A DNA stretch of 64,000 bases from Diadema antillarum (taxonomy: Eukaryota): positions 310,001 to 374,000 of the forward strand of contig NW_027271759.1 in assembly GCF_040938485.1 (NCBI RefSeq). Direction: 5' to 3'. Positions 63,111 to 64,000 of this stretch are shown piece after piece. The translations under genes were made by a program, and so were the position numbers. A model generated the notes under the pieces. The model made no database searches. It worked only from the letters and a program-made list of their open reading frames with translations, and was not told the DNA's origin. Numbering within the stretch: the stretch's first letter is position 1; each line of letters starts with the position of its first letter.

Positions 63111-64000
63111 GAGTGATAGAAAGAGGGAAAATAAGAATGTGAAGTGGGAAGGCAGTGATTAAAAGAGAACTTTGTGTTGAGTTTTTGACACTTTCCAAGC
63201 AGCCTTTACGAGGTCAAATACGAAAGATTTAACACTGTGTAAAAAGCGTTGTTTTGCACGGTGCTTTTCTCCTCTAAATGGTTTCTAAATATCTCAAAAT
63301 TTATTATATTTTTTAGTATCCTGTTTGTATGATATTTCAAAGAATGCTTTATTAGACCTCTCCACATCTCTTCAGGGTAATGTGCTGATTAATGAAAAAT
63401 ATATCTGATGAGGACAATGAATCTTCTATGAGGATATAGATGAGACTTTCCTCGCAGTGAGAGCTTGAAATTTTCCGTCAAAGTCTACTCTGAACAAGAT
63501 TGGAATATCTAGGAGGAAAAAAACTGCAACATCTAGAGGCTCCAAACAAAACAGCTTCACAGGCCAAGAGTTAGTCGTAACCATTTTTCCATTAGCGCAC
63601 GGCAATTAGACTTATCCATTATATCTTGTCGAGAAGGGAGTTGTGAGATTCTTGGCAGCCTGCGAGTGCTTGTCTTTTTCAGAAAGTCCCCGCCGGATTC
63701 AGCTCCTCCGAGCAATTTTGTAGCTGCTGCCACTCTGCTAACTCTGATCGTCCAGTACGCTAATTGCTACAAATTGGAAGTCGCAGAGTTCTAGAACCTC
63801 AATTATGGATAGCATCTCAGGGCAAATTAGCAAAGGAGATTTGGACACCCCCCACTGTTGGTATCGATTGGCTGAACAGTGGTGTGGATCCTCATGATGA
63901 TTTGTCACGGTGTGGTTGCACCGAGCGGCATGGGGTGGTGGCGTGGATGGTTTGATAGCTTAAGACATTAACATTTATGTATGATAAGTGCTTTGCTGCT

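Noticed and set aside
63405-63440. CTGATGAG as a hammerhead ribozyme core (also at 27446 and 30056)
   Set aside because: No stem II followed by GAAA at the required spacing.

Overview
AT-rich eukaryotic (animal) genomic DNA from a draft assembly with seven N-gaps. The repeat landscape suggests a marine invertebrate deuterostome such as an echinoderm (inference only). The only protein-coding sequence I can support is one 112-bp internal exon (37991-38102, + strand) encoding the first part of the C1B domain of a classical protein kinase C. Its neighbouring exons were not found, so the rest of the window appears to be intronic. The introns are packed with short non-autonomous DNA transposons: about 12 copies of a ~85-bp piggyBac-like TTAA MITE, four Kolobok-like TTAA families, several Harbinger-like 3-bp-TSD elements, TA-TSD elements, a Sola-like element and two Helentron-associated (HINE-like) elements. 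There are also mini- and microsatellites and several CpG-rich patches with RFX X-box and nuclear-receptor DR1 motifs. The most unusual pattern is that three palindromic MITEs (possibly four) carry a second MITE inserted at or next to the hairpin apex. Almost all ORFs in the supplied track are spurious. All repeat boundaries were read by eye, and superfamily labels rest on termini and TSDs alone.
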